NCBI GenBank assembly: GCA_964035545.1
Contig: OZ037767.1
Location: 22,274,628-22,338,627, forward strand
Direction: 5' to 3'
DNA from: Bugula neritina
Lineage: Eukaryota > Animalia > Bryozoa
Length of the DNA: 64,000 nucleotides
Below, one piece after another: positions 11,203-26,672 of this stretch. The position numbers were made by a program, and so were the translations under genes. The notes below the pieces were generated by a model. The model made no database searches. It saw nothing but the letters and a program-made list of their open reading frames with translations, and was not told where the DNA came from. How positions within the stretch are numbered: the first letter of the stretch is position 1; each line of letters opens with the position of its first letter.

Positions 11203-12368
11203 TGAGAAAGAGGTATATAAATAATATTATTATATGTGCAACCAAAGACGCACACAAGTGTATAACTATTAAGTACATATTATTTCTGACCCGCTGAAGA
11301 AAGCAAGTGCATGGCAAGAAAGCAAGATATAATATTATAAATTTGTTCTGGTGAATTGTGAGAGGTATGGCAGGCCTTCTTTACAAATTGAATCCTCAAA
11401 AGTGATTTTAGAATTTATAGAAAAAGAGAGAGAAGAGATAAATAGAGAGTTTCAAGAGCAATTTTATTAATTTACTTTGAGCAAATTTATTACGAAAAGT
11501 TATCACAAAATATCACAGCACATTCAAAATAATATATTGTATAAAAAATAAACAAAACAAGTGTATGTAAGACAGTAATTTGTTAGTAAAAATATAGCCT
11601 TTAGAAAGTCAGCATTAATAATTCAATATTTGCATAATTTATTAATTTAGCTATAGACCAGAAAAATTTATTGCTAAGCATTCAACACCAAAAAAATTTA
11701 TAGCAGTGCAAATAAAAATAGACAAATTTGTAAATGAGCATTAATTAACTGCATCCAAATATAGCCAATATTCAATAAAATGTAAAACTAAAAGTTAAGC
11801 AATGGACACTATTTACCATAAAATATTTTTCACACTCTTCTATAAAAATAGCTTGACAAACGAATGAAATCTGTAAACATTTAAAAAAAAACTATAAAAC
11901 AAGACATTTACGTTTATTACATCAATTTCAATACTAGCCATACAAATCTGAAACACTTGGGATATAAAAATAGGAGTATTAGCAACACAAAATAAGATAA
12001 TGCTGAAGAGAATTTTTTCAATTTTAATCCATTTTATATCAACATTCTGCTACAGTTGATCGTGTGAAAGCCAAAATTTACTGGTAAATTAAATGTTTGA
12101 AAAGTTTGCTACCTAATTACTATCACAGTATTACAGGTAATGCTAGAGCAGCGTATTAGAATAGTAGTAATTCAATTTAAGTTAATACAATTATTGTAGA
12201 CTTTCTGGACATGTAAAGTGGGGTACCAGTATTAATCGTTATATATAAAAAACCTTCACAGTTTTATTGACCAGAAGCTAACTTTAACTTTGTTTCTTAG
12301 GAGTAAATATAAAACTAATTTTGATTAGCCAACAAATAGTAAAACCAAGTCTGATTGGTTAAAGAAAT

Positions 12369-15300
12369 CTAGTCTTGAATAGCGGTTTTAATAGCTGACT
12401 CCATAGAATTGACAAATTCAAACTTCTCCTCATGGCTGTTGGCACTGAGGATCCACTCATCCTCACCATAGGAGAGTTTAAACGCATTCCGCATGTCTGC
12501 AAAATGAAGAAATATGTTTATTTCAGTTGCACAATTTAAACTAAAAGTTATTATAGAAGGAAAAAAATAGTAGCCATTGACTGGGTTTAAACTCTTACAC
12601 AACAATTCACTTAGTATTACATGATTCAATAAAGATTACATAATTAACTTAGTATTATGTTATATAATATACTTTTGCCAGAAGGATTTAACAAATTGAG
12701 CTTGATTAGATAAAATTAAAATAATACAAACAGTTTCATCTCTCCAAAACGAACGCTTAAAGCTGACAGAGACTGCGTTCTTAGCACAGACTGGGGTTAC
12801 ACCAGACATGACTTACATCTAGTATCGGGCAAGTCCTTGACTTTCAAGCCAACCAAAGCAACGCTACACTTGAAGAGATATGTTCTAGCCTTAGATCTCT
12901 CAAATGCATGGTGTCCAGTGAGAATGTGAGAGAACATCAGAGCATCATTGAAGAGGAATAGCCCAATATCCTCAACATGCAGGTATATTCTGTACAGAAA
13001 GTAATTGCCTAATAAGTGTGTATAAACATGCAGTGCTAAAGCTATGAAGCTATTCAACACCATAAAGTGTAAACAATACTAAAAAGTCATTTTATCAATC
13101 TAAAATTGTGCTTATAGAGAAGCACTCATCAAACACATCCTTTGTCATATCCACGGCAACAACTTTGGTACAGCATAAATACTACGCACACCCAGTTAAT
13201 CGCCTACCTGCTATCATGAGCTAAACCACCAGAACCTCGCTGCTGTGCCACCATTAAAGAGAAATCTTGTCTAAGAATAAATATCCTGTTCGCCTCCAGG
13301 AGCTGTGGACATCCTTCTATCATCTTCGATATACTGACAAGTTTCCTATCTCTCTGTATACGAGATCTCGTCTGCAGGCATATTTATATATATAATATTC
13401 TAGAGAGTTAAAGATGTGTGCATCTCAAGCAATGATATGTAATTTGTTCTCCTATGTTGAGCAAATACAGAAAGAACCCCTCATTCACACTTACCGTACC
13501 GTAGGTCGTAACGTAAAATATCAGCCATTTTTAACGTGTCTGGGCTGAAGTTTTCAAAGTAGGCTATTAGGTACGATCTATGACACGTCATTGGACAATT
13601 TTATCCAATGAGTCAACGCAAAAGTTTTTCTGTCCAATAGAAGTCCGCCGCAACACTTTTTAATCAAGCAGTGCTTGATTCTACTGTACCGCAACACCGT
13701 ACAGAAAGCTCAGACATTTGTAAAAATGGCTGAAATTTGCTGTAAGTGTGAATGAGGGGGAAGACATACTAAAATGTGTTGAAAAATTAATCTAAATATA
13801 CACCTAGATTTACAAATATAACTAGACAACCTTGGATAATCATATACTACCAAGAAGAGAGGAATACCACAGACTTGCAGTATATGACAAGCTCATTTCG
13901 TTCATAGAAACAGTTGATGATAACACATGAACACAAAAAGAGCCAATAGGAGATGACTAGAAGAGCACGCAGTAGAACCAGGTTACCGATAGGCTGAAAA
14001 TGATTGAGTATCATACTAACCTGTCTAATGACCGTGTCGACTTGCTTAAACTGGTTCAGTGCTGATGTAACATCCTGTCTGTCGGGATTGTCGTGAGGAG
14101 AATTGGCTTTGAGCCAACTCAGCAGTCTGACATATGCTGTTATACGGAGGATCGGAGCAAGATAAAACTCCTGTAACCTGGTAATAATCAACTTAACAAT
14201 TACCATTGCATTCCCAGCATTATAGCTACTTGACAGGAACATTACTATCTCATATCCTATACAAACAGTGCTACACCAATATTCAGATAATTTACAGCAA
14301 ACTAAAACTAGGCTTTCTAAATTAATGAGATTTTATATTTATTTCGATAAATTCAGATCATTTACCAATTCAAACTTGAGCGCACACAACGCAACTACAG
14401 AATATGCAGTAAAATCAAAATGACTGCAACTCCACAGAGAATTTACCCTTTCATTTTCGTAGCTGGCGTAGCTTCTTGTCTCTTTAGAAAAGCTCTAAAA
14501 CCGGGGTTAACTTCAACTTCCCTATCCAACGTCAGAAGGATGGTGGGATAACGAGCTATGTAGTTTACGTACGCAGCCAGTTGGTTGGAAAACTTTAGAA
14601 AAACTTCACCGATGCATTGACTGGCTGACCAATCCCGGACTCGGGGCTTCAAGTCAGTCAGGAACTTCCTGAAGGCAAAACAACAAAATTAGAGAAAAAT
14701 AAGCAGAAATTTTTTGCCGTTTTTAACCCGTTTCTGTCGCTTTTTTACTAACTTTGACTAGTCGACAATATAAAACTTTTCCTATAAATCCGTTACCTTC
14801 ACTAAACTGTTATAAAACAGTTTACACTCACTACTCCTAAATCTGTTAGCTTACTGTAATCTGCTTTTAGCTAAATACTTTGCACAATAAACAAAAAAAG
14901 AGTTATGTTATGTATTTCTAGATTCTAGTTACTAGTATAATGTACAGAAATAACATAATTTAGACAGCTGTGGACAAATTTAATTCAAAATTAAGAATTT
15001 GCATTTATGAATAAACCAGCTCTCAAGGTACAAAGACCTGTGCAACATAAGCAATAGTAAAACGAGAATTAACACGATAACTTGTTGAAAACTACATTGA
15101 AAAAGAAACAATACTTACTCATTCGCATCGTGAATAATCATGATATCAGAGAACAGCTGCTGGACAGTGGAACTAGCAACCACAGCTCTGCAAGTCAAAA
15201 TAACAAAGTGACAAACCATAGGATAAAAAATATGGTAACATATAAATGACACACTTACTTCTGTAATGTAATATATTTAAATTAAACTCGTATTTGTTAA

Positions 15301-18300
15301 CAATGTAGCGCTCTTTCCAACCCACATATTGAGAGAGCTAGCGCTTATATGCAGATTAGAATGTGACATCAAAATGGCAGAAATAAAGAACCCACTAACT
15401 ATAGCCATATGGTAATCATATTATATATGGAATATAGTTTACAATGCAGTGTCTGTAAAACCACAAAATATACGCAAGTATGATATGAATTATGTTACAT
15501 ATACCATGTTAGATTATATTACACTTAAAATAAGAATACTACACACCTGTTGGATTCAATACTCCTCTTCAAGGGAAGAACAAACACTCGTTTGACAATA
15601 TCCAGTTCTTGGTTGTAAGAGATTTCAGTAGACAGGATTTCTTTGGCTATCACAAACCTCCTATCCGGGTGGTCGGCATACTCAACCTGAGGCTAACCAG
15701 ATACAATGACTGAGACATTACATGCTACATCTAATAACTAAGAAGTATACTGTTGTGTTACTTTGTGGATAATTACTTCAATTAATAGATTACATGTATG
15801 TTTAAGTTTTTAATAATTAACAGTTTTTGATTTTATAGACTAAGGCAAACAATTTCAAACGGCATTTTCACACTGTTGAGAAATTAGCTTACAACCATTT
15901 CAACAAAAATTGGGACCAAGATAGATAGAATGCGCCCCTTGGTATAATATAACACTTTCAAGCAGCATTTTTTAAATATTTATCAGCTTTTAAAGTTTAT
16001 TAAAATATCATAATGCACGATTTAGTGCATTATTGCACTGGGATTTTTAGATGTAAGTGCAGTAATGGAGAAATTGAGAAAAGCCTGTGGTACGGATTAG
16101 AAATTTTGCAAACAAAGTTGTGTCCTCGTGATAATTTTACCCGCACTAGAAATTAAAATTTATTAAAAAAGTTAAAGAACTTGGGCTATTCAAATTTTTC
16201 CACTACTGCATCTAAATACCTTTTCAATAGTTGTTTTGGCAACATTTTACCAAAAATTGTCTCAGTTCAAATGGCATACCAACTTAGTAAGTAAAGTTAT
16301 TGCCTACTAGGCCACAGGCAGTTGACTACAAACTTACCATTGTTGAGAGAGAACTGGTGAAAGCTCCACGCCTTCGTCTCATAGACATAAGCTCTTTACT
16401 GCTTGCAGTAGGACTAAACATAATATGACATGCTTATACAACTAGCACAATTAATCATTTAACTAGTTGGCATGATATACCTATGAACTGATGTCACCAA
16501 TAATTTGAAGCAGTAGCAGCATTGAGGTATCACAGAAACTCAAAATATAATCAACATGAGGAGTTTATGTACCTTACAGAGCAGTTAACAAACTAATACA
16601 CTTTGTAAACCTTTCAGTTAAATATAATTTTAATGACTATATATATTTTATGATCTATTCAAATAACAGAACAGAGAATGAGGCAATAAGTTGTAATGAC
16701 GTATATATAAATATATATAAATATTAATATATATTCAATATTTATATATATTCAATATATACAGTAAATAATTACCCTGATGACTTACGAGTGATACAAG
16801 GCAGTCTTTCCTGAAGTAATGAAGGTATCTGATTGGCTATCATTTAGCATATAGCTTTCAGTAGTAGACGGATCATTTATTCCCTCATCTTTGTCTAAAT
16901 CTTTCTTCTCTTCTTCTGCTGCAACAAACATGTGAGCTAACTTGTCCATAACTATTTTATGAGATGGAGTCAACGTATTTGTCTCAATGCTGAACACTTG
17001 TCAAGGAGTTGCTTGCTATAACCAGTAGTAGAGCATCGAATAAAAGATACCACAGTTAAAAAGGTTAAAAGGTACATTTGCCCACAAAGAATCCGTTATA
17101 ACCCAGGATAGCTATGAGGATATTCTACTTTTAGGAAATAGAAAATACAGGATAAAAAATTTACCCTATAAATTTTTTGACGAAAATTCATGTGATGAAC
17201 TAAGATGTACCAGGCTAACCAAAGGCAACTATATATACATATATAAAAGACAAAAAGCATAATTTGTATGCAAAACAACTGAATTTTAAAGCAAATTTAA
17301 AGTAGAATCCTTCATTACCCTCCAAGGAGCTCCTTAAGCCATGAGCTGATTTAGAAGGTGAGTTTTGTTGCAGCAACTTTTGCTTCTGAACGAAATATTC
17401 TGTCATAAATTGCAGAGGATCAACCTGCAAACAGTCAACAACCTGGCCTCAAATATGTTATATAATGTCAACTGGAGTTCACATCTTACTAGCTATAGTT
17501 AGTAGATCTACGTGAATCATACATTTCCTTATTATCGTCATAGTCAGCATCTATTTATATTACTTGTGTAGTTCTTGCTAAACAGTTAGTTAGTTGTTAG
17601 ATTTCACAGTGTTACTATCATTTAATATTCATAGTAGCTGTACCAAATAAATCAACCATGGAATACATTACAAGTCGGCACCATCTTGTCGTATACCATC
17701 ACACATATCCTTATAACAAAATACATCTCAGGGTCTACTAGCCTCAATGAGTTGAGAATCTTGACAGAATAGATTTAGAAATGCGTTCAGGTAGGTGCAG
17801 TAATGGGGAAAATGAGAAAAGCCTATATTCTAGATTAGAAATGTAGTAAAAGAAGTTATGTTCTCAAAGAATTTCAACCCGCGCCCTAAACCAAAAATTA
17901 ATAAGGAAATTAAAGAGCTTAGGCTATCTCCACTACTGCTCCTAAATGGCAATCATACTTAAATCATACTTAAATCATACTTGAGCTCCTTCCAAAAGAA
18001 AAACACATGAATAAAATAACGAGACAAAGGAAGTAAAGACAATATGAATGAAACCATACATTTTGCTGAGTTCCCAGAAGAGACAGAGCTTCTGTAATGA
18101 GAGGGGCTACTCGAGACAGCCCGTGAATGTTACCGAGACTCATTGCATCTGTGACTATCTGACCTAAAGAATACATAGGCATTATAAATAATTGAAACCT
18201 TAAATGTAAAAAATTCAAAAAAGTCAAAAAAAACCAAAGTAATGAAACTTGTGCATTCCAAATTGATTTGATAAATAAGACATTTGTGAAATAATCAACA

Positions 18301-21300
18301 TATTGTGAAATTTAAGTCCAAATGCCAGATTCTCACCAGTTTGAATAAAACCACACTCGTATACAAACCTGAGCTAAAGAGAATTTTATTTCTCTATTTC
18401 AGTCACAGATATAGTATCTAGTGTGATTATTTTCTGGAGTTAACTTTGAGAACAAAAGTAAAAGTTAAAAATGGAAAACAAAATACCAGACAGATTACGA
18501 ATCTCTGAAATCTAAAACATTAGTTTGACAAACCAAGCGTTCACAGTTCCCACATTACTATTTATTTATTATACAAGAGTTGGCTAGGCGGCATCTACAT
18601 TGAGTATACAGTAGATAGAAACATCTGGAAAACTGCTATACAGAGAGAAGCGTGGCACACATCATGAAACTGCAAATTGAGAACGACCTTGACACACTGT
18701 CAGACGTGTCAACTGAGAACATTAGAGTGACCCAGACAGACCTGTCAACTGGTTCATTACATCTGAATTGGTCCGATCAAAGTACTGCTGGAGCTCTTCT
18801 TTGGTATGGCGGATGGCATCAGTGACAACCTCAGCCATGATCGACCACTGCTGTACTTTGCATCTCTGGAAATAGGTGTCAGCAGGTGATTGGTTTGTTC
18901 CGTACCAATCACAGTACCCTACAGAGAAACCCTAGTTAACAGAGATCTTGTCAGCAAACCTAAAAACCTTCTACATTAAAACTAATTCAACATAATCATA
19001 ATCAACTGTCTATTTTCATCAGCATGGTACTTGAGCATACTAAATTCATAATCACTAAGAAACTGTACTTAAAACTCATCATGAAATTAGTATGACTTAC
19101 TCAGAACAAATCAGAGGCATACCTATAACCATAACATGTGTGAATACCAGAACACAGGCTAGACACACTTACACTGATTCCACTGACCACTGATACCAGT
19201 TGGTGCAGTAAATCTCTGCCCAGTCAACAGATTCAGTTGAATTAGCATCTCTGTGCCAGGCTCTGCAATCAGAATAATACTAGACGGTGTCTTGAGAGAG
19301 GAACATACAGTAACATCAGACCAGCAACAGAGTTATTGTTGAACAATACTTAATCACCATTTAGCCAATTTAGTATTAAGAAAGCGTATAACTTGGCATC
19401 ATGAAAGATACCAATATAGAAAAAAAATATCCATAATAAAAATTTGTGGTTATTTAACTCAATTTAATTCTAGAGGACCAAGTCAAAATTATACAGCTAA
19501 GTATGATAATGAATTATTCTATTTATGCATAAACAATCGTAGAGAGCAGCCACTGTGATTGTGTAACAAACAGGGAACAAGCAACAGGTATGCAGATCTA
19601 ACACTAATTGCCATTAAATTACAACATTAATGGGACACAAGCATAGACCCTTATAGAGAAGACGATTCTCAATAAATCTCCCAAATAAATGCAGTAGAGA
19701 TTGTTTTTAACTTGGTAAATCTCTTCCAATAAAGTTGATACCTGAAGCAGCAAGCGGACAGAAAACATCAATAGATCCACCATCTTTGTTTGGTTTAGTG
19801 AAGTTCACTAAACTCTGGAAGAACCAGATAGTTGGATCTTCATCAAGCTGGTCCAGAGTAATAACATTGTTTTGTAGGAGACATAACTCCCCGGGCTGTG
19901 TGGAGTGAGTCACCAGAGCTATGGAGCTGTAAGTGTAGCAGAACGGGAATGACAAAGAGGAGATAAATCAAATAAAAGGCAAAATCGATTCATGACAAGA
20001 TCATAAATATTACAAAACCTGTTTAAGGCTACAAAAAGGCACACATGGCAAATTCGAAGACAACAGAGTGTGAAATTTCACTCCATTTAGCTTACAAAAC
20101 TTTTACCAACTTTACAATAAGTATTGTTAGTACTATACAAAATGCAGAGAGAGCTATAACCTAGCAAGTTGTCCGTCAAGAACCTTGCCCAGTCTGTCAA
20201 TAAGGTTGTCAATTGTAGTGCCTTCATATTCATATGGCAACGGGTATACTTCATTCTTTACGGCATCATGTAGTACCTAAAAGATAAATTACTATTGTAA
20301 AGTATAGGAGTAATTTACAAGAACAAAGTTGAAGCACTGGATGTAGGCACATGGCCCGACAATCTGAACGACTGATGTCATACCTCTGAGGCTGGAACCC
20401 TGGAAGATATAAACACAATTCTGGGATTATCCACTTTAACTCTTCTTTGATTGGCTGACAGTGTGTATGTATAATCATCTGAGCCAATCAAATTCTTTCT
20501 AAAAACACAGATTTTTATTTAGAACATGTGCTTAGCTGTATACATGTGGTAGTAAGAAGAATTGTTATGAAATATGATTTACCTGGTATGGTTATTCACT
20601 GGTTCCCATGGCTTAGACTTCAGCTCTGTAATAGCTTTCTCTAGCTCCTTCTCATACTTGCACATAGTTACCTCGGACAACTTTATCTGCACTTCTCTGC
20701 CTTTAGCACCCACCTATATCATCACCAAGATAGTCGAAAGTAAGAACAAAAATTAATAATTTTTTTTAAAACCTAAACTTTTTAAATCTTATACTTTTAT
20801 ATATAAAGACGGTTCTGAAAAAAACATGCCTACTATAAAGACTTTATCAATAGAAAAGTCAACTGAAAATGCTCGTAATACATTTTTGTCACCACAAACA
20901 GTGCATGAGAAAACATTAGAAATCTAACACGTCTACTCGAAACTGACCAACCAGACATGAAAGATCAGGTAGCAGTGACCAATCACAAGCCTCGGTCAGT
21001 TGGTCTGAACAAATGAATACATCACTTTTATAATTATAAGCATAAAGGCTAACATAAAGCTCATTCACATGTAAACTGATAGGTTTACAAACCATCAGAG
21101 GAGATAACTCCTCGTCTTCTGCTATAGCCGAAGCTAATGAATTCTATAATATTACATGCATAGAGGTAAAACACAGGGACCTTAAATAGTAGAATCTGAG
21201 CAAAATCAGTTAGTAAATTTAGTCTAAAACAGTGAGTTACACTGAAATGTGGGAGGAAATAGTCTATCAGTAGTTTATAAACTCAAAATAAAATGTCAAC

Positions 21301-24300
21301 ATCAATAAGCAAAACTCAGTTGTATTAAAACAGTTTCTAATTAGGAAATACAAATAGAAGCAACCATCTAGAAAAACACACATTGTTTAAATCTCGAAAA
21401 TTTTACATGGACATAGTTTAAATAGATGGACAGAGTTTAAATAGATGGACAGAGTTTAACTTTGTCCTAGACGTGATAATTTGATGAATCTAACCTGCTT
21501 TACTTACACTGATAGATCTATGCGTGGCGCGTCTAGACTTAGAGCTGAGGCCTAGCTCTGTATTAGGAGCAGTCTTGGACCTAGACCGAGATTTCAGCTG
21601 ACCGAACTTGTTGTGGTGTTTGAGAGTAGTCTCGTCTAAGGCTGGATCGTTAGGGTTGAGGCCATATAGCAGTGCCTTGTTAGCCAGCTGGATGTCTTTA
21701 GTGGACTTACTAGGCCCGTACCATGGCGGCCTTGAGTTCAATATCTCTCCTAACACAAAGTGATAAAGATTCTATTTTCAAAATACAAAAAATTCGTTTA
21801 GTGTATTGGGAAAATAATGTTTTTCCTTTTTATGACAAAAAATCAGTAAGCAAGTATATGTTACAAAGATAGCTATTGGTTATGATTGGCATACACAAAT
21901 TTATACAATTATGAATTGACCTACAAGAAAGTAAAACAGCGCCACGTGAACTGTTTTATTGTATCCATTAACTATATTTTCTAAAATGAGTATGTAGATT
22001 GTTAATTTAGTTTTTTGACTGGTATGACACGAGGTTTTGAGAATAAAGTGCATGAGTAAGTCTACAACATGAGAATAATAGATAGAAGCTAAAAAGAACC
22101 GCGAGTTTAATTTATAGTAAGTTAAAAAGTAACTGACTCGCTGCATCCTTGGAGACAGGAAGTGGTTTAACTCTGTGGCCGGCATCTACTATGTCCATCC
22201 TTTCGTACAGAGCGGCCATCTTCTGAGCCTTCGTCAAACTCTGATACATTAAATCCTGTAACATACCAATACATGCATACAGTTGACTCATACAACCAAT
22301 AGTAACTGAGAATTACACCACTACTCTACAAATATGACTTTACTTTATCATGGCTACTAGTGTTTACTGTATCTCCTACAGCAATAGACATCATGATATC
22401 ATATTGAACTCCATAGTACTTCTCTATAATTTAGTATGCACTACTCTAAAATTTAATATGCAGTATTCTATAGTGCAACATGCACTCCTCTATAGCGCGG
22501 AATGCACTAATCTACAATGTTATAAGTGGCCTATTACTTTATAATGTTTTATGCATTACTTGACAATGTAATATGCTTAGGTTGAAAGAATGGCATGTAC
22601 ATTAAATTTTGAAAAAAATGCAAACAAATTTATACAAAAGGATTAATATTGTTTTATTATTAAAAATCACAATGAAACTTTCTTTAAAGCTGTTTAAAAT
22701 CAATACATATTAGACTTAACTTCGACAGGTGATGTCTACACCTGTACCTAATCATATACTTGATCTTTTCAACATAAATATTCCTAATAAACTATTATAG
22801 ACAATACTATACACAGGAATATAATAACGCTAAAACTCTATATAGTGATCACCACTAGTAAACATGGCCTACTTAACTGTGAAAGTGGGTATGGATAGAA
22901 ATGGGTGCAAAATGCAATCAACTGATTTAAGAAATAGTGATCCAAAGGTGTATGAAATACTAAAACACAAGCTATCGTTATGCATACTGTTGAATCATAG
23001 TTCTAAGTCGTACAGAAAGCGACAATGTATTTCACAAACACAGAAATAAAACTATTTCTTACAATTTGAGCTATTGTGCAACGTGAACATCAGCGTAAAC
23101 GAAGAGAGCTACAACAATCTGCATAAAAAACTGTTCACGTGAAGAACAATACTGTGAAATGAAATATAATGATGTAGCCAGAGAACTAAAAACAGGGGAG
23201 GGTACGGAAAATACATACCACATCACAGCTGTCCATGTCTGGGTTCACAGGCCATGGCTTGAAATTGTACAAATCATGTTTACAAGAACATTAACCTTGT
23301 ACAGTGAAATGCATAGCAGCAGCTGTCCAACACTTTTACATACAGTGTTAAACTCATTTACTAGACTATTGGTGATTTGTAACCTGGTACCGAGGATCAC
23401 TTCTACTGCTAGTGTAGATATCTGACAACTTACAAAACTTACATAAGTTTAACCTCTATGACCTTTGTTAAAAAAATTTGTCGAAACTTTTAAAACATGT
23501 TGAAGAAGCACAAATGATTATTTCTGTAATCTTCGCTTCAAGGATTACCTTTTTCTAACATGTTGCCCCTACACCAAAGGCATGCATTAGTCACACTACT
23601 GAAGAACATAGCTATGATATCCCTAAGTAGGGAGGACAACTCCTACCTCATTCAACACAATATCCATGTTGAGGACGCAGTGGATGTAGTGCTTCTTCCA
23701 GGAACCATATTCTGTGCTTGTAGGTCTGTAAGGAAGGTACCAGCCAAACCTGGCGCACTTGGGTCTCCAGAGACAGTCCTGCTCAGGCGAGTGAATTTAT
23801 TCAGTAGATAAGATATGCCACACAAGTAGATATGCCACACAAGTAGATATGCTATACCAGTAGATAGGCTAAGGTTTCAAATTAAATTTTTAAAAAAATG
23901 AAAAAATATTTGGTTTTACCAAATCATGGCGCGTTTATTTGCTTTGTAAAATAAAAATGCAACCTACTGATAACATATTAAACATCGAACAACTAGCTCA
24001 ATATCTTACGATAACTTCCTGTCAATATCTCACGATAACTAACCTGCTCCCCAATGAACTTCCAAGCCCAGGAGACTTGAGAAACTCTAGAGAGAGTTTT
24101 GGCATCCAGCATAGAGAAGATGTAGAGAGTAAGAAAACGGGGGAGAACTGTTGTTGGATCCACCCTTGTCAACACAGCCTTAGCCTATAGCATAGTGCAG
24201 CAAAACTAAACAACCTCGACTCAAGATGTAACATAGAGAGGGGACTCTGTAGACACCATAGGAAACAACATGCAGATGCTGGGATGATGGTGCTGAAAAA

Positions 24301-26672
24301 TAACTTACAGAGAATAGTGCCATCATAGTGATAGGTAGAATAAGGTATATATCGACACTGTACCTACACACATTGCATATAAAGTTGTAGAACGCTCCCA
24401 ACCTGTAATACCTAGCATGATACTATAAAAGCAGGAAGAACCACAATAGCCATATTTACAAGAAACAATTATGCAGATATAGCAATCAGCATGGCAACGA
24501 CAGATTCTTACACAGCACACATGGATTTTGTAAAAGCATAATACTTTTATTCTGTAACTAATAACTATGGTGTTAAAAACCCAAACTTTAATGATAGTAG
24601 CACAAGGGTCCTAAGAAAATTATATTGTTAGGTACACGCCACAAACTATCTGATCACTAAACCCTAAAAAACAATATTTACCAACAAAAATTAAATTAAT
24701 AAAAAAAATTTATCACATCATAAAACTAGTTGGCAACAATTTAGCAACTGGCAGATAAAATATATGATTGCAAACTGAACAAAAAGCTAGAACTCAATCA
24801 AATTATAACTCAATCCAATTATGTTCACAGTAAAATAAACTCAGGTTAAAGTAGTAGTTGAGAGCTTAAATAGATTTAGTTGAGACCTCATTGGGAATTC
24901 GGTCATACTTTACCTGCATAGCTATGCACAAGTCCTCAGTGGGACACATAGCGCATACTTTATTCTCCTTTAAAAAGAAACTAAAAAGTATCACTAAAAC
25001 TCGACACCATAGTGTTTATTAGCTTGTTGACAGAACGAGGGCAGTTACAGAGTAATATAGTTCCATCATAGTTCAAACCCTCAACATTGATAGCTATCAT
25101 TATGATGTAATTGTGAAGTAAAACATGTGAAAAAAAATCATATTTTGGAGAGCTATCACAGTGGAGTTTAGGTATAAATGGCACCAATGAAAAAATAGGT
25201 AAAAATTGCACACTAATATCAAATTTGCCCCAAACCCCAATATTTTACAGGTGCCATTTTACCTGTGTCATTATACATGTGCCGTTTTTACCGGACACCA
25301 TCACAGTGTTATACCAACAGCTATTGTGCACTGATGTCTACACTGCAGAGATTTACAAGTAATTATAATGACAGTCTACAGGTAGAGCAACCTTTAACCT
25401 TTACCTGCTTAGACAGTTTTACATATTAACAGATAAAATGAAGTATAATACTTTATTGTGTGTCACATGACAATAAAATTCAAAAAAAGTAATTCAGATA
25501 GACTAGTGTCACAACCATTTCAGCATAATATTGATGCTTTTACATGTCAACTCATTATTGCTAGGTTCAAACTAGTCAATTAATTTCTTTGATCAATATA
25601 AGTATTATAATTGAATTCAATGAAATCAATACTGAGATTAGTTTAAAACAATCAACATATATGCGAGCATATAAAAACAGTGCACAGTAATTATGCCTTG
25701 AGATTTTTTGCGGTACATAAAACACAAATCTCCATCATGTAGACAAGAACTAGTGAATGTCAAAAAACTTCAGCCTCTCATAAACCAACGAGTTTATTAA
25801 CTTCTTAATCACAAGAGCACTCACTCAACGTAAATTATAACTGCTACCAGCTACTTCCAAAACTGTTTATTAATAAACAAGTTAAAGATGAGAAAGTTGC
25901 AGAGTAGTTGGAAGAGCAACTGCTGTACTCACCTCAAACCAGCTATGAGCAAACACCAGTTGTGATCTCCCGCACTTTTTCAAAATGACGTCTAAAAACC
26001 GCTTTCTCTGAGAGTCAGTCCACAAATCAAACTGAATGAAAAACAAGAAATAGAATTAAATGCAGTGTATGTGGCACACACCTGAACAAATGCAATAGGA
26101 AAAGTAGAGCATAGAATAGTGCAAGAGTAATACAAAAAATTTTTGTATTAAATTATCGTGAATGAATTTAAATTGGCTGATATCATTGTAACATGTAAAA
26201 GTCATAACTTTACCCAATGAGAAATTAGCTCCCTCCGCTCCTTGTAAATCTAAAAACAATAAAAAGCAGTATGTCATTCTCTTTTAAAATAAAGAAAATG
26301 CAACAAACGCCTTTTTCTCAACATGATTGAGTTCTACAAAATATATACTTACATTATGTTTTACTTTCATAAGACATCAGTTAGAAACTGTCAACAATCT
26401 CATATTTATTGTGAGAGCACATGCTATTGCATATTTCTATTCACTAAGAATACTAGAATGACACTCTAGTAAAACACTGTGAGCACCTGTTCATTGGACG
26501 GCTTGTGATTAACAGGGGTCCATGCAGAGTTGTAAGTCTGGTACTTCTTGGTTACGAAATGGTCAGCAGACTTATTAACAAATCGTGTCGGTGTTTTTCC
26601 AAGAACTTTGCTGTCATCATTTGTAATTTCCAGTCGCTTCATCTTTGACTTTGTACTTAGATAGCTACTCAT
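12369..26672 (-). CDS. ECT2L: Epithelial cell-transforming sequence 2 oncogene-like protein (F-box + DUF4347-like + DH RhoGEF + PH), multi-exon and apparently complete
   Basis: Exons 26672-26487 (...[16 protein letters not shown]), 26249-26214 ([12 protein letters not shown]), 26031-25933 ([13 protein letters not shown]...), 24184-24044 (F-box [40 protein letters not shown]) and 23778-23647 ([17 protein letters not shown]...EYGSWKKHY) closely match the recalled ECT2L N-terminus. DH exons lie at about 15550-15686, 15120-15187, 14447-14668 and 14021-14176 ([27 protein letters not shown]), followed by PH exons ending at the stop at 12369. Confidence 0.93.
13477..13759. mobile_element. PIF/Harbinger-type MITE in an ECT2L intron
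   Basis: 18-bp TIRs CCCCTCATTCACACTTAC / GTAAGTGTGAATGAGGGG, 3-bp flanking duplication GAA and further internal inverted repeats. A related TIR end lies at about 54130-54158. Confidence 0.75.
16046..16216. mobile_element. Short MITE, copy 1
   Basis: Imperfect TIRs TGCAGTAATGGAGAAATT / AATTTTTCCACTACTGCA; alignable over its length with 17790-17946. Confidence 0.6.
17790..17946. mobile_element. Short MITE, copy 2 of the same family as 16046-16216
   Basis: TGCAGTAATGGGGAAAATGAGAAAAGCC...GGCTATCTCCACTACTGC, sharing the internal GATTAGAAAT and ACCCGC blocks. Confidence 0.6.
25188..25299. mobile_element. Short copy of the foldback-type element family (AAATGGCAC repeats)
   Basis: ggtaaaaattgcacac...ccaaacccc...gtgccattttacctgtg...gtgccgtttttaccggacacc; same modules as 46762-47056. 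Confidence 0.6.

Noticed and set aside
11290-11330. CTGAAGA...GAAA hammerhead-like motif near a (TA)n tract
   Set aside because: Stem II pairs poorly and no stem I or III can be formed; at most a decayed Penelope-like relic.
23560-24190. Plus-strand ORFs of 83 aa (also 29279-29485)
   Set aside because: They are antisense shadows of real minus-strand exons (ECT2L and the BK-beta-like gene).
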